Part shown: positions 1-12,659 of the stretch, piece after piece
Numbering within the stretch: the stretch's first letter is position 1
Layout: each line of letters begins with the position of its first letter
DNA from: Nymphaea colorata
Taxonomy: Eukaryota
Assembly: GCF_008831285.2 (NCBI RefSeq)
Contig: NC_045138.2
Coordinates: 2,170,001 to 2,234,000, forward strand
Length of the DNA: 64,000 nucleotides
Direction of reading: 5' to 3'
Notes under the pieces: generated by a model
Told to the model about the DNA's origin: nothing
The model's input: the letters and a program-made list of their open reading frames with translations, nothing else
Database searches by the model: none
Program-made: the position numbers and the translations under genes

Positions 1-3000
1 CGTATCCGTAGATCTTGATATCATCAGAGCGATACTCGTTTTCATGAAATCCCAAAGTTTTGGTCATGAGATCACGACAAATATTTAAACAACTTCTACC
101 ATCGATCAATACATGTGGCACAATCATCCTATTGACCTGGATGACAATGTACATAGCATTTACATGATAGTATACTCATTTCGAGAGATCCTCTTCTGAA
201 AAGGTAATTGACTAGTCCTTAGAGGGTTGAATCCAATCTCCCTCAACTATACGTTCTTCCAAGGGGCAGACATCCAAATAGCATGGATCCCCATCCGAAG
301 TATCATCTGATGATTCATCATCATCGCCTCATAAGATAAAAGTCATTGGAATTGTGGTAGTTTCTTTTGACGAACTTTCTACCTTGTTGTTCATCATAGC
401 AATAAAATCTCGAGGTTTCTTACCTCGAATTGTCATCATGACTTTGTTTAAACTGCCTTCATCAGAAGGTCAGATGTGCTCTTGCCATCTTCCCGTGATC
501 ATGAGAATGAATTCCTTAATACCTCAGGCATACTATCATCATCAATCTTGAGATCCTTGTTGATGAAATCTTGAATAATGTTTTTGAGGACAAAACAATC
601 CTCAGTGTCATGACCAGGGGCACGATGAAATTTATATAGTTCTTCTCTATTTCCTCTCATCATTTTTGGAGGCTTTGATACTTTTGCCAAGACGATAGTT
701 CCTTTAGCAAGGAGGTACTCTAGGATCTTCTTGCAGGACTGGATGAGAGGGTGAATTTCCGGTCATAACTCGAGCCTGGGTGTTTGTTTTTCTTTTCTTC
801 ATTGCCTTTGGGCAAATGTATATTCTTCTTGTGATTGCTTCTTTGTCATATCGATAATTGTTGTCGTTGTCCTTTCGAATACTGCCTTCAGCTATGAAAT
901 GTGTAGGCAACTATGTCATCCCTCCTTTCTTTCCATTTTCCTTGTACTTAGGAGAAATGATTCCATCAAAATCATCTTCCTCAATTGAATTTGCTTGTTC
1001 AATTAATTCCGCAAAGGTCTTGATTGGGGCATTGCAGATGAGTCTTTTCAAGGGCTGGGTGAGATTTTTTCTAATAAGCAACAAAGTTTGTGTTCCAGAA
1101 ATTGGATCCTTCATCTTGTTGCACTGAATTCTCTATTTTTTTATGAATTCTCAAGCCTTTTCGCCTTGTTTTTTATGGAGACTGCAAATGGTATTGAGAG
1201 TTAGAGGCATGGTAGAATTTTGCTCAAATCTTTCAATGAACATGTTAATCAATCTGTCAAACTCCTTTAGTTTGTCTGAGTTGACATTTTCTTTGTACCA
1301 TTGTGTGGCAATGCCTTCAAGACTTCTCAAGAAATAGCAAAACAATGCTTTGTTATTTATCCAAATTTTGTAGCAATCATTGAAAAAAGTTGAAAGATGA
1401 ACGTGTGGGCAGGTGGTGCCATTATATCTGACGAACTCCCTGAGCAAGCCCTTCATGTCTTCTTCTCCTTCAATACCAAGGTAGTAATCCTCACATGAGC
1501 ATGAGTGTTTTTCTTTTCCCTAAGTTCATGATTGTTCATTATTTTTTCCATTTTATGGAACTTGCGCTTGATCGGACTTTCATCATCACTTGATTCGATT
1601 AATTCTAACTTAGTTTTTTTCTTCTTGCCCTTGATATCCTTTACTTTCTCTTCAGAATTCTCACTGTCTTAGCTACTGTTGGGGATATACTTCTTTGTCT
1701 TTTTACCTCTTTTGGTAGACTTTCTCTTCCTTTTGGGTTTCTCCTCTAAACTTCCAGTGGTGATGGGGCTAGGTGAACAACTTTCCTCCATATCTATTTT
1801 TCCTTGTTGCTTTTCTTTGTTGTCTTTTTCTTCTTAAGAGGAAGCAGTTTGGGTTTTTCCTCCTTGCTTGTTGTGGAATCCGAACTCAGATGATCTTCGT
1901 CCCGGTCTATAAGAGAAGATTTGTTGTTTTTCTTCTATTTCTTTTGATTGGCAGCCTTTCCATTTTCTTGTTCTGAAGTAATCATCAAGGTCTTTTGTTC
2001 TGTTTGCTCCCTCATGAATCGCTCCATGAATAACTGAAACATATGGTAGCCTTCTGGCTCAATTATGAGGAGCTTGTATAGCTTGTGATCTGGTTTCAAC
2101 CATCTTGTTGTCTTTCAAGTATTTACCTTACGAGACAAGAAAATGAAAGACATTGGAAGGAAATGATGACAAAATGAAGGTTCATATTGCATTAAGAATT
2201 TTAAAAGTTACATCTAAGGAAAACACTAACAAAGATGACAACAACTAAAGATGACATAAGGAGTACAAAGTTGACAACATAAACTTTGAGGGAAGGATGG
2301 ATGATGGTCGGTTGGCATCCCACCACTCCGCATATTCCTTCTTTACCATTGGGCCTGTGAACCAAGTGTATGATATTTGTGCTTTTCATTCTTGTCGAGC
2401 TACTGCAAGCAATGCTGCTCATTGAGGACAGCTGAGGTCGAATTGAGTAATAGCTCCGATTAGTGCATGCATAGAAACCAACTTCTGCCTTTGAGAGAAT
2501 TGTCTCATGCATTTATTAGCACAATAATCAACAATGAAGTAAGGGCCCAAGAGTGTGGTACGCCCATGATAATGATGATTGTATCGAGGTGGACTCTAAC
2601 AATGATCAAAATAGTCCCAAACGATCTCTTCTTCATTCATCTTTTTGATCAAACAGTGGTATTGCTCTAAGATTGTCAATGTTCCATCAGTGTTTCTGAA
2701 TAAACTGGCTTGGGGTCCCGCATGCTTGAGAACCCATAATTGTAAAGCATATGCACATCCTTCTATGAAGTCGGTATCTCCAATGCTGAAGCGGGTGACT
2801 CCTCGGTAGAGAAAGGCCAAGGCTGTCATTGCTACTGACAAGTGTCGGGTCCCACTATGTCCCCATATCCAGAAAAGTTGGGCAATACAAACTTCTAGGA
2901 GGTCACTTCCATAAGTAAAAAGGGTCACTCCTACTTTCCAAAGCATCATACAATGTTTGATTCCTCCTATGGTTTTTGGAGGTAAGGTGGAAGGTTCAAC

Positions 3001-4287
3001 ATAGACTCTAAATTCTTCATACAAGTTTTTCAGGTTGATGCTTTGGCTCTCATGGTTTTCTACTAGGGGCCAAGTTTTCGTCTAGTAAAGTGAGATATAA
3101 GGTTATTTGCATTAACCTTAGTCGGGTTCATGATGAATGTTTCTCCAATTATTCATTTGGACCCCAAGTTGGGGTATGGAGGTCTAGTATTTCGGCAAAT
3201 TCATCTAATAATATTATCATTTCTCCCCATGAAATAAAAAAAGAGGAGGTCCCTGGGTTCCAATGCTCGGCAATTGCATGCATCAAATTTTCATCCATTG
3301 ATTGCATTCTTCCGACTGCCACTGTCTCTAGCCCACATTCTTCAAAGTAGGAAGAAAACATCGTACAGAAGGTGGGATGCCACAACCGATACCATTCGGC
3401 AGGCACAGGTTTAGACTCAAGAGAGATGTAAGTAGACTGTTCGGGCCCTTCCCCAAAGAGGATGTGATCATAAGAAAAGGTGACACCATGGTGGAAATAA
3501 TACATCTTGAATGATGACTTTAAAGGATAAAGATTGAATTAGTGAAAAACATTGACTAGGTTGACAAAGACAACATGAAGTAGAAGTATACAATGAAGTT
3601 GTAAATCATCACATAAGGTTTAATGCATATCAACATACATCATATGAAATAACTTTAGTAGAAAAATGGGTATATGGACCTAATTGAGATAATTTTATGT
3701 CACGATAATCCAATGTCAACTTATGCTTATATACTTTATCCAAATCGCTTAGTACTAGCATAGATTTTTCTTTAGGCAACTAAGGGTAGGGTTAATCAAC
3801 TTCTTCTTGATCACTCATCGATATACCACTAATTACCACTCATGGTACTAACGAGGGGGCTTTCCCACCTAAGGTGTGGTCCAGTTGTAAGGCTTAGTCT
3901 TGTGCTACCGCCTAAGACTAAGCCCGACAACATGATGACCGGGACAAATAGTTATGAGAAATTTTGATATATGATGAATCATGCAAAATAATTTGTCTCT
4001 AGTGCAATGTTGTCTAAGATGAAAAATAAATAGAAGAACAAACTCTTTAATTGAGGAGGGTTCTATTTGATCATAGATCTATGTAAACATGATTGATCCT
4101 CCTCAATTAGTCTAAAATGCAAGAAAACAAACACAATCACCAAGCAATGTAATGAAACGCCGACGAGATCAAGGCCAAAGAAGGAAACATGCTTTGTCAT
4201 CGACGATATATGAGATGTTCAAGTTAGTGAAAATGCATCAATAATAATCATAGCTAAACGATGATGGGTCCTATCATGGTCACCATC
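1..4287 (-). mobile_element. Degenerate Ty3/Gypsy (Ogre/Tat-like) internal region: extra 5' ORF with plant-mobile-domain similarity, gag and aspartic protease; runs off the left edge
   Basis: Minus-strand fragments: PMD-like 3505-2596 (AIAEHWNPGTSSFFISWGEMIILLDEFAEILDL; GCAYALQLWV), retrotransposon gag 1456-1151 (YNGTTCPHVHL...SLEGIATQWY), knuckle-like FHRAPGHDTEDCFVLK at 690-499, and protease-like ITFSEEDL...VLIDGRSCLNIC at ~230-70. Many stops and frameshifts. Confidence 0.85.
4268..4285 (-). promoter_or_regulatory. Primer binding site of the Gypsy element (probably tRNA-Arg type, degenerate)
   Basis: Minus strand reads LTR end ...CAACA, 2 nt, then TGGTGACCATGATAGGAC. The tRNA assignment is from memory of plant tRNA-Arg 3' ends. 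Confidence 0.6.
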
Positions 4288-5176
4288 TGTTGGCATCCCC
4301 AAAAATTTTATTTATTTTGGTTTTTGGAGTGCTCCAAAAAAATGAGTTTTTGTTTTGAAAGAAAGAAATGGACTCACCCATCGGTACGAGGATCGGCCGT
4401 TCCCGGCGCCTTTATCAGGGCTAATCAATCCAAGGGCTATGTTTATCATTGATGCATTTCATTTTAACTTAAACATGTTTTCACTCTATATGCAGTGTAG
4501 TGTTTGAGAAAGTGTTCACGTTTCAAGATTTTGAGAAAGCTTTAAAGAATCTTTTGAGAGTGTAAACATTTTGAATTGAGGAATTCTTTATAAATATTTG
4601 AAAAACTTTGCAGATTTCCTTTTGAAGTCACTTTAGTGTTTTCTTAAAGTCGTGTTCTCTTAAGACTTTAAGTAGGTTTGAGATTTTTCTTTAATTCGGT
4701 TACCACGTAGTTAGAGTTCTATCTCAACTTGCTTAAGTTCTTTAGAATGGTGCTTGTGATCATAAGTGATATTGAGTGAGGGTGAATGCATGGATGCATT
4801 GATCCTATATGATTAGAAGAAAGTAAAGCATTTCCACCACAATATTCATCTAAGAGCATTCCTAGCATAACATACATCTAAGATTTTCCTCTTTTTATTA
4901 CTTAATATAAACACTTTTATAAAGAAAGAAAATTTTTTGAAATTGGATTGGGGTTGTAGACCACCAAGCATGAATCCAATATTGGGTCATTACTTGAGTT
5001 TTGGTCTTGGTGAAGTCAGTAAATGAAAATCCTTAGAGAAAAATGTCCCAAAGGGATGAGACAAAGATGAGATACTCCCTTAGAAAGAAAGAAAGAGGGA
5101 AAGAGATGTCAAAGATCACTAAATGAAAGATTTCAAAAGAAGAGAAGATAAGTATCTTCATACGTATGTTCATGCT

Positions 5177-5207
<31 letters not shown>

Positions 5208-7430
5208 AAGCCTTTGAAGACAAAATCTTAACTTGAATAAAGAGGAAAAAGAAGTTCTTAAAAGAAAGGGAGGAAGAAGGAAATGCACATATACATGTAT
5301 ATATTATCACATGTACACTTGTATGAAAGTTTTCTTAAAAAAAAGGTATGGATTGGAAGAGAAAGTGAGATTTTAGACGCAAAGAAATAAAGAAATATAT
5401 ATATATATAGAGAGAGAGAGAGGTAAGAAATTTATCAGAGAAGACATTTAATTTGAAGAGAGTAATAAAAGATTCTAGAGAGAGAAAATAGAACACATGT
5501 ATATATGTATTCATGTATATGTGAAAATTTGTAAAATAAAATATGAAAACATAGAGAGAGAAGGATGAAGGGAATCATCATGTGCACATATATGTATATA
5601 ACATGCATGTACATATGTGTCTTCATGAGATTAAAAATCAATAAATGAGAAATAACCGACTTCAAGTTTGATGTAGGCTGGAGGGAGCTTGGACTCATGC
5701 AAAAGCATAAGAAAACTCTCCAAGGCCGCATTAGAAAGGGTTTTTCGAAAATAAAAATATGATTATAAACATAAAATATAGTTATTTCATTGGTTACAAG
5801 AGAATATGTTTCTTCCACTGTTGGGTATGGAAGAAATTCAAACAACATGACAAGGAGCTCATTGGGTTTACTATCTTGATGATTAAAAGGAAGCTAACAT
5901 GAAATGACATGTAAATGCATATAAACATATATATATTCGTGAGGGTTTTCCCTGGGTTAGATAAGCCCCAACCTCCAAATAATTAACATAAGAATAAAGA
6001 GAGAATCTCAAGTCATACTCTCATTCTCACTGTACATTCACATATATGAATAGAGAAAAGTTAAGCAAATATGCATTAACAATATCTCCAAAATCAAACA
6101 AATTTCAAGTAATAGAAAGAGCATGTTCAATCGTAGAATACAATATAATCTCATATTTTGATGCACACGGTGCACTCAAGCATAATTTCTTCACTCTAAA
6201 ATAAAGACTTGGGAGCTATCTCATATGACCATAGGGAAATGAAGATCAGAGGAAATAAGGAAACTAAAACAAAGCTATATTCAGGAAAAGGGACGACATA
6301 TTTCAATCATAAAATGAAATGTTACTTCACCTTCTCATGCTCTGGTGCACTCAAGAATAGCTTCTTAACTCTAAAATAGTTATTTTAAAGCTTTCTTATA
6401 TGGCCACGAGGAGATGAAAAAGGGAAGAAAGAAGAGAAAGAAAACAAATGTTATATTAAAGAAAAGAGAACATGATTTAATCATAGAATGAAATATCATC
6501 TCATCTTCTCAAGCTCTCGGTGCACTCAAGAATAGTCTTTTGACTCTAAAGTCAAGATTTGAGAGCTATCTTATATGACCATGAGGAGATGAAAAAGAGA
6601 AGAAATAAGGTAATGACAAGACTATATTCAAGAAAAGATAGAACAACAACAACAAGAATATATTCAAGAAAAGAAAGAGCAACAACAACATGAATATATT
6701 CAAGAAAAGAAAGAGCAAAAACAACAAGAATATATTCAAGAAAAGAAAGGGCATGATTCGATAATAAAATGAAATATCATCTCCTCTTCTTATGGTTCCG
6801 GTGCACTCCAGAATAGCTTTTTGACTCACAAGAGGAGACTTTAGAGCTATCTTATATGGCCATGGGTAGATGAAGAGGAGGAAAAATAAGGAAAAAAAAT
6901 AGAGTGGGATGTTGATTACATACCTATAATGAAAAAGATTTTTGGAAAAGTGAACAACCTTGCTTGGAGTGATCCTAAATCCCCTTGAGTGAAGCTCCAA
7001 GGTGATGAAAATGATGCCTCCAAGAGAGTTGTGACTTGATGAAACTTGCACCCAAGGTTGGAGAGGAAGAGAAATGAAGAGGAAGCAAATGGAGGAGGAG
7101 AGCTAAAAAACTCTAAGTCCTCAAGTGGGAATGCACTACAGTTTTCTCAAGGGCTAGCTCATGCCCAAGAGAGAAGATTATGGGGGTATTTACAGAGAGT
7201 TTTGGAGCCGAAACTCAAAATTTAAATGTTTTTGAATTTCACAAAATTTTCATCCGAATTTCAAAGAATTTTGAATTATTTTCAAATTTTTTTTTTCTAA
7301 AAAATAGGTTTTGACTAAACGAGATTGGCCCTTAGCCCTGCAAATACCCCTTTGGGGTGTACGCAGGGTTAATGCCCACCCTAAAAATAAAAAACCAACC
7401 CCCAAGGACTAGTTTTGCAAGAAAAAAAAA
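4288..7430 (-). mobile_element. 5' LTR of the Gypsy element, truncated at its 5' end
   Basis: Begins TGTTGGCATCCCC on the plus strand next to the PBS. Aligns in inverted orientation with the solo LTR, e.g. 4290-4400 with 10150-10270 and 7321-7408 with 8028-8116. Confidence 0.8.
6160..6870. repeat. Tandem repeats inside the LTR: four ~180-bp units plus ~30-bp sub-repeats
   Basis: GGTGCACTC(A/C)AG..ATA...ACTC recurs at ~6169, 6343, 6519 and 6800. ATATATTCAAGAAAAGAAAG..CAACAAC repeats over 6620-6750. Confidence 0.75.
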
Positions 7431-7445
7431 GGGACCTTATGAACC

Positions 7446-10270
7446 TGTTAGCACCCCAAATTTTTCCAAAAGTACTGTATTCAGATTTAATCCTAGGCCC
7501 AAAACAAATTTCCAACTATGCAATCTAAAATGAATTTTTAAACCCAAGTTTAGATCCAAATTAAGCATTTCAAACTCAAAATCTAAAATCAAGTTCAAAA
7601 CAACAAAGTTTGATGCTATGAGCGTCACTCACATGCACAGACCTTCCTTTTGTTTTATGTTTCATCCTCACACCAAAAATTTGTTTTTGAAGCTTAACCC
7701 ACTCACTAGAACACATCGGTGGCTAATTGAACAGAATCTGGACTCAAAATGAGCCCGGAGTAGCCCAAAATGGATTCGGCTGCCCGTTTTTAACAAAAAA
7801 CTTTTCTTTTAAACATTTTAAGTAAAAAAATGTGTTCTATAGAAACAACATTTTTTTATTTCTTTTCATTATATTTTATTTAAATTTAAAAAAATAAAAA
7901 AATATTTTGCTCTGACGCATGCGAGCACGCATTCACCCGATGCACGAGCGCATGAACACACACTGTGTCATGCACTACTGCACACTGACGCGGTCTGCGT
8001 GCCAAGAACACCCCCCCGCTCTCCATCTCCTTGGAGAGCTGTTTTGGCATTTTTGGGTGGGCAATAGCCCAGCCCACACCCCAAATGTGTGTTTGCAGGG
8101 TTAATGACCAATCTCATTGGTCAAAGTCTTTTTTTAAAAAAATAAATTATTCAAAAATTCTTTGAAATTCGCATAAAATGTTGTGAAATTCAAAAAAATT
8201 GAAACTTTGAGTTTTGGCTCCAAAACTCCTTATAAATACCCAACAATCTTCCCTCTTGGGTATGAGCTAACCCTTGGTGAATTTCTAATGCTTCTTCACT
8301 TGAAGATTTGTCTCTCTTAGTATTTCTCTCTTCTTCTCTTTTTTACCTTCTCCAACCTTGGGAGCAAGCACCTCCAAGTTCCAACTCCTCAAGGGAGCAC
8401 AAGAAGACCTCTTAAGGGGATCATTTCATTAATTTAGAGCTTCATCTGAGGTGATCTTTCAATCATCCAAAGGAGGAGGCACATATATATCCGAGATAAG
8501 TAGGTCTCCATTTTCATTTCCACTTTTTCTCTTGCTACCTCTCCATGGACGTGCAAGAAAGCTCAAATGATTTCTTACCTGGAATCAAGAGCTATATCTT
8601 GAGTGCACCGAGAGTATGAGCAAGGCATAATAAATTTCATTTCTTCATTTATTTCTAAAATATTATTGTTATATTGCTTCATTCATCATTCATGCTTGAA
8701 ATGATGATCATGAATGGTGTTCTAATTTTTCTAAATTGAACGTATGGTGAGAATGAGTGTTTGGGGTTGGGACTTCTTCATTCTTGTGTTGATTTTTGAT
8801 ATTGGGATTTGTCCAACCCAAGATAGCCATTCACGAATTTGTACATGTTAAAGTGCATCTTCATGTCCTTTTCACGCTTAGTTTATTTCTTAATCACCCG
8901 ATTAGGAACCCCAATGAATGTTTTGTCATTCCCCATTCCATGAGTAGTTGATTTTCTTTCATACTCAATGGTGGCAGAAATGTATTTTCTCGGTGCAAAT
9001 AATATGATTTTATGTTCATATTTGGAAGCATGTTTTTTCAAAAGATTTTCAAAACCAAATACCCTCCCTAATGCGGCCTTGTAGACTTAGTTTAGGATCT
9101 TGCAGGAGCCCAAGCTTCCCTCCTGCCTACATAAAAAATTGAAGTCAGATATTTTCAATTCATTTCTTGATTTTAACTTTCTTGAAGACATATTATATAC
9201 GTCTACGTGTACATGAATATCTTTCTTTGCCTTTCTCTATTTATGATTTAACATACGGTTACAAATTCTCATATACTTATATATTAATATATATACGTGT
9301 ATTTCATTTTAAAATCTCTTTTTTTCTAAAATGATGTTCTCTTCTCTACTTGATTTAAACTTCATTTTCATAAGTTTTCATATATGTATCTATACGTATA
9401 TATATATATATATATACATATATGTGTGTATATATAAATATGTATATGAATATGTATTTCTCTTTCTTTTAAATCTTTAATTTTGTGATTTTCAAGATAT
9501 CTTTATTTGTTTCATTCTCTATGTTTTTCATGTGATCAAGTCTTTCATCTTTTTCATTCTTTTGAACATTTTTCTCTCAAGATCTTTTTCATTTGCCCAC
9601 TTCACCAAGACCAAAACTCAAGTAGTGACCCAATATTGGAATCAGGCTTGAGGGTCTACAACTTCATTCCATTTTCAAAAGCTTTTCTCTTTTCATAAAA
9701 AATATTTATTACAAAAACCTTAGATGTATGTGATGGTCGGAATGTCTTTAGATAAATGTTGTGGTATAAATGAAACATGTAGGGTCAATCCATTCATGCA
9801 TCCACATTCACTTAACATCAATAATGAGCACAATCACATCTCTAAAACAACTTAAGCAAGATGAGATGGAGCTCTCTAATTAGGTAGTAACCGAATTAGA
9901 GTAAAGCTCAAACCTACTTAAAGTCTTAAGAGAACACTAGAGTGACTTCAAAATGATTCCCAAGCTTTCCGAATGATATTTACAAAGATTTTCTAATTTT
10001 AGTTTTCTCCAAAATGGTTTACATTCTCAAGTAGTTCTTCAAAAACCTTTTCAAAAGTTTGAAATATTAAACTTTCAATATTTTTCTCCAAAACTATACC
10101 ACATATAGAATGAAATGCAACAACAATAACCATAGTCTTCGGGATGTTTACCCTCGGTATCCTCGTACCGACGGGTGAGTCCCTTTCTCTCTCATTTTCA
10201 AAATAAAACCACATTTTTCTGGAGCACTCCAAAAACCTAATCCAAATAATTTTTTTTGGGGATGTAAACA
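7446..10270 (+). mobile_element. Solo LTR (2825 bp) of the same Gypsy family
   Basis: Termini TGTTAGCACCCC...GGGGATGTAAACA (TG..CA with short inverted ends). Perfect 5-bp TSD GAACC at 7441-7445 and 10271-10275. Confidence 0.9.
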
Positions 10271-10275
10271 GAACC

Positions 10276-12115
10276 TTGTCAAGAAGTTGAGAATAATTAC
10301 TTCTATTAACACAATTGGTATGTAGCGGCACCCTAGATAACAGCCAAGATCAGTGTAGTGTTGCATACAGGAGCTCTCTTGAATACTTTGAACAACATTG
10401 TCATGAACATTAGGGGAAATATAAAATAGAGATTTAGAAAAATTCACCCTCTGTCTAGAAAAGGAGCAAAATTTATTACGACAGTCCATCAAAGTCACAC
10501 ATTTCTCAACTGTAACCTCACCCATAAGAATCAAATCATCAACAAAAGAAAATAGATGTGACAAACAGGGACCACCTCGAGATAGAAAAATAGGTTTCCA
10601 AGCTGCATCATGAATCGAAGTATCAATAATATCATAAAGTTTTAGTAAACATATAACAAAAAGGTAGCTGAAAGAAGGTCACCTTGTCTTAATCCTCTAG
10701 AAAGTTTACAATAACTAGTCAATTCTCCATTCCAAAGGATATTCATCTCAGTTGAAGTCACACAAAATATGATCAAAGATGCCAACACAAAGAGCAAACC
10801 AATATCCACATGAACCCAACAGGGAAAGTCCCAATCACCCAATCATAAGCCCTTCCAAAATCTATTTCAGTATCATACCACCGAATTTGCCTTTTTTCTG
10901 TCTAAGAGAATGAAGAGCCTCTTGAACCACAATAACATTATCTGAAGTTCCTCCCCTTAGGATAAAGCTACTCTGAGTTGGAGAAATTAAATTTCCTAAG
11001 AAAGGTCGAAGCCTATGAACAAGTAATTTAGAAAGTAGCTTAACAATAACATTATACATAAATATAGGCCAAAATTGAGAAACTGATTATGAGATTTCAA
11101 CTTTAGTAATAAGAACAATCAAAACCTGACTTAAAGTAGCATCAAATTTACTAGATAAGAAAGCATCATGAACAACTTTGCCAATAGAGGATTTAACTAC
11201 TTCCCAATTAGCAATGTAGTATCTAGCTTGAAGACCATCTGGCCCAGGTGCCTTGAAAGGGGCCATAGATTTTAAATCCTTAAAAATCTCACCTTCCTAT
11301 GGAACATGGGACAGGTTGAGCACCTGTTGATCCCCCATAGGCACACTAGTCTTTGGACAACTAGACTTAAATTTAGAATCAACAGTTTTTGTAGAATACA
11401 CCTTGTGAAAGTGAGAAATAATCAATTGCTTGATAAGGTTAGGATCCAAAATCCAATCACTATCTTCTGCTTTCAAGGACAAAATTTTATTTTTATTCCT
11501 CTGAATAATCGTGGTGGTGTGAAAAAAATTGTATTTCGATCACCAAATTGAACCCAATTTGAATGAGACTGCTGAAACCACATCATCTCCTCTTGTGTCA
11601 AAGTAGTATTATATTCTGCAGATAATTTCTTTTCTAATTTATACAGAAAAAAGATGAGGCCTAGTTTCCAAAGCTTGTTGAACACCACCAAGCCTAGCTA
11701 ATAAATGTTGTTTCCTTCGCAAGATATTAACAAAAACAATATGATTCAATTGTTTGAAAGAGGATTGAAGACAGGTTAACAATTCATGCAAAGACAAAAC
11801 TTCCTTCCAAGACGAATGTAAAACCATACCAAAATCAGAATAGTATTGCCAAACCATCTCAGAATAGTATTGCCTAACTGGCTTTCAAGAAACAAGAACT
11901 GGACAATGATCACTATGAGCACAAGGAAGATTCAGAATAGAAGCATCAGAAAAATAATGCTGCTACTTCCCATTACACAAGGCCCTATCAAGTTTCTTCT
12001 TAATTAAGAAATTAGGGTCCTGGTTATTGGTCCAAGTAAACTGACAACCTCCTGCATCAAGTAAACTTAACTGTTGCTGATCAATGACATCATGAAATTG
12101 TTGCATTCTACACAG
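10276..12115 (-). mobile_element. Degenerate L1-clade LINE ORF2 (endonuclease and reverse transcriptase)
   Basis: Minus-strand motifs FTW and HSDHCP (endonuclease), GDRNTIFF, KAPGPDG, RLRPFLGNLISPTQSSFI, RGLRQGDLLS and SHLFSFVDDLIL (RT). Frameshifted, and interrupted by the solo LTR. Confidence 0.9.
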
Positions 12116-12189
12116 ACTCTACTGCACCATAGATGTTCTTAAGTAAGGTTCAGACACGAACTTAAGATAGGCGTCAGGACCTTTTTAAG

Positions 12190-12600
12190 GCATTGATACC
12201 CGATTCTTGATCTGATCCAGTTTGGCATCTATATCAAATAGGCCCAATCGAATAGCTAGGTCGATCCAATATATAGGATCCCAATACCATATATACAAGA
12301 ACAGGGTCCCTTTGCGAGCAAATACTCATGGCACGGTGCTGATGTTGTCCATGTAACATAGAAAATATCTTGCTGGCTGGAACCGGACTGAAGGATAGAC
12401 TGCTGCTCCAACCCAACCACGACAACTTTTATTTAGAGTTTAATGAAAATTAAGAAAAAAATAGTAGCAGAAGTCAGGATAGGTGTGAACTTAATGAAAT
12501 ATCATTTATTTCCTTAAAAAAAAACTTATACATGGAAGTTAATCCAAAAAATAAACTCTCCAAATAAGATAAATAGCAGCACTGAGGTATCAGAAGCTTG
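12190..12600 (+). promoter_or_regulatory. Copy A of the DEFL upstream/promoter module
   Basis: Aligns with the reverse complement of ~38150-38540. Contains the shared TATA-like AAGATAAATAGCAGCAC (GATAAATA at 12568-12575). Confidence 0.75.
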
Positions 12601-12659
12601 ACAGTGATCAAATAGAATGATGCCTCTCTTTCCCTCTCTATTGGTGGTTAAACAAAAAA

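Noticed and set aside
6566..7051. 161-aa hydrophobic ORF
   Set aside because: It is a translation of LTR tandem repeats.
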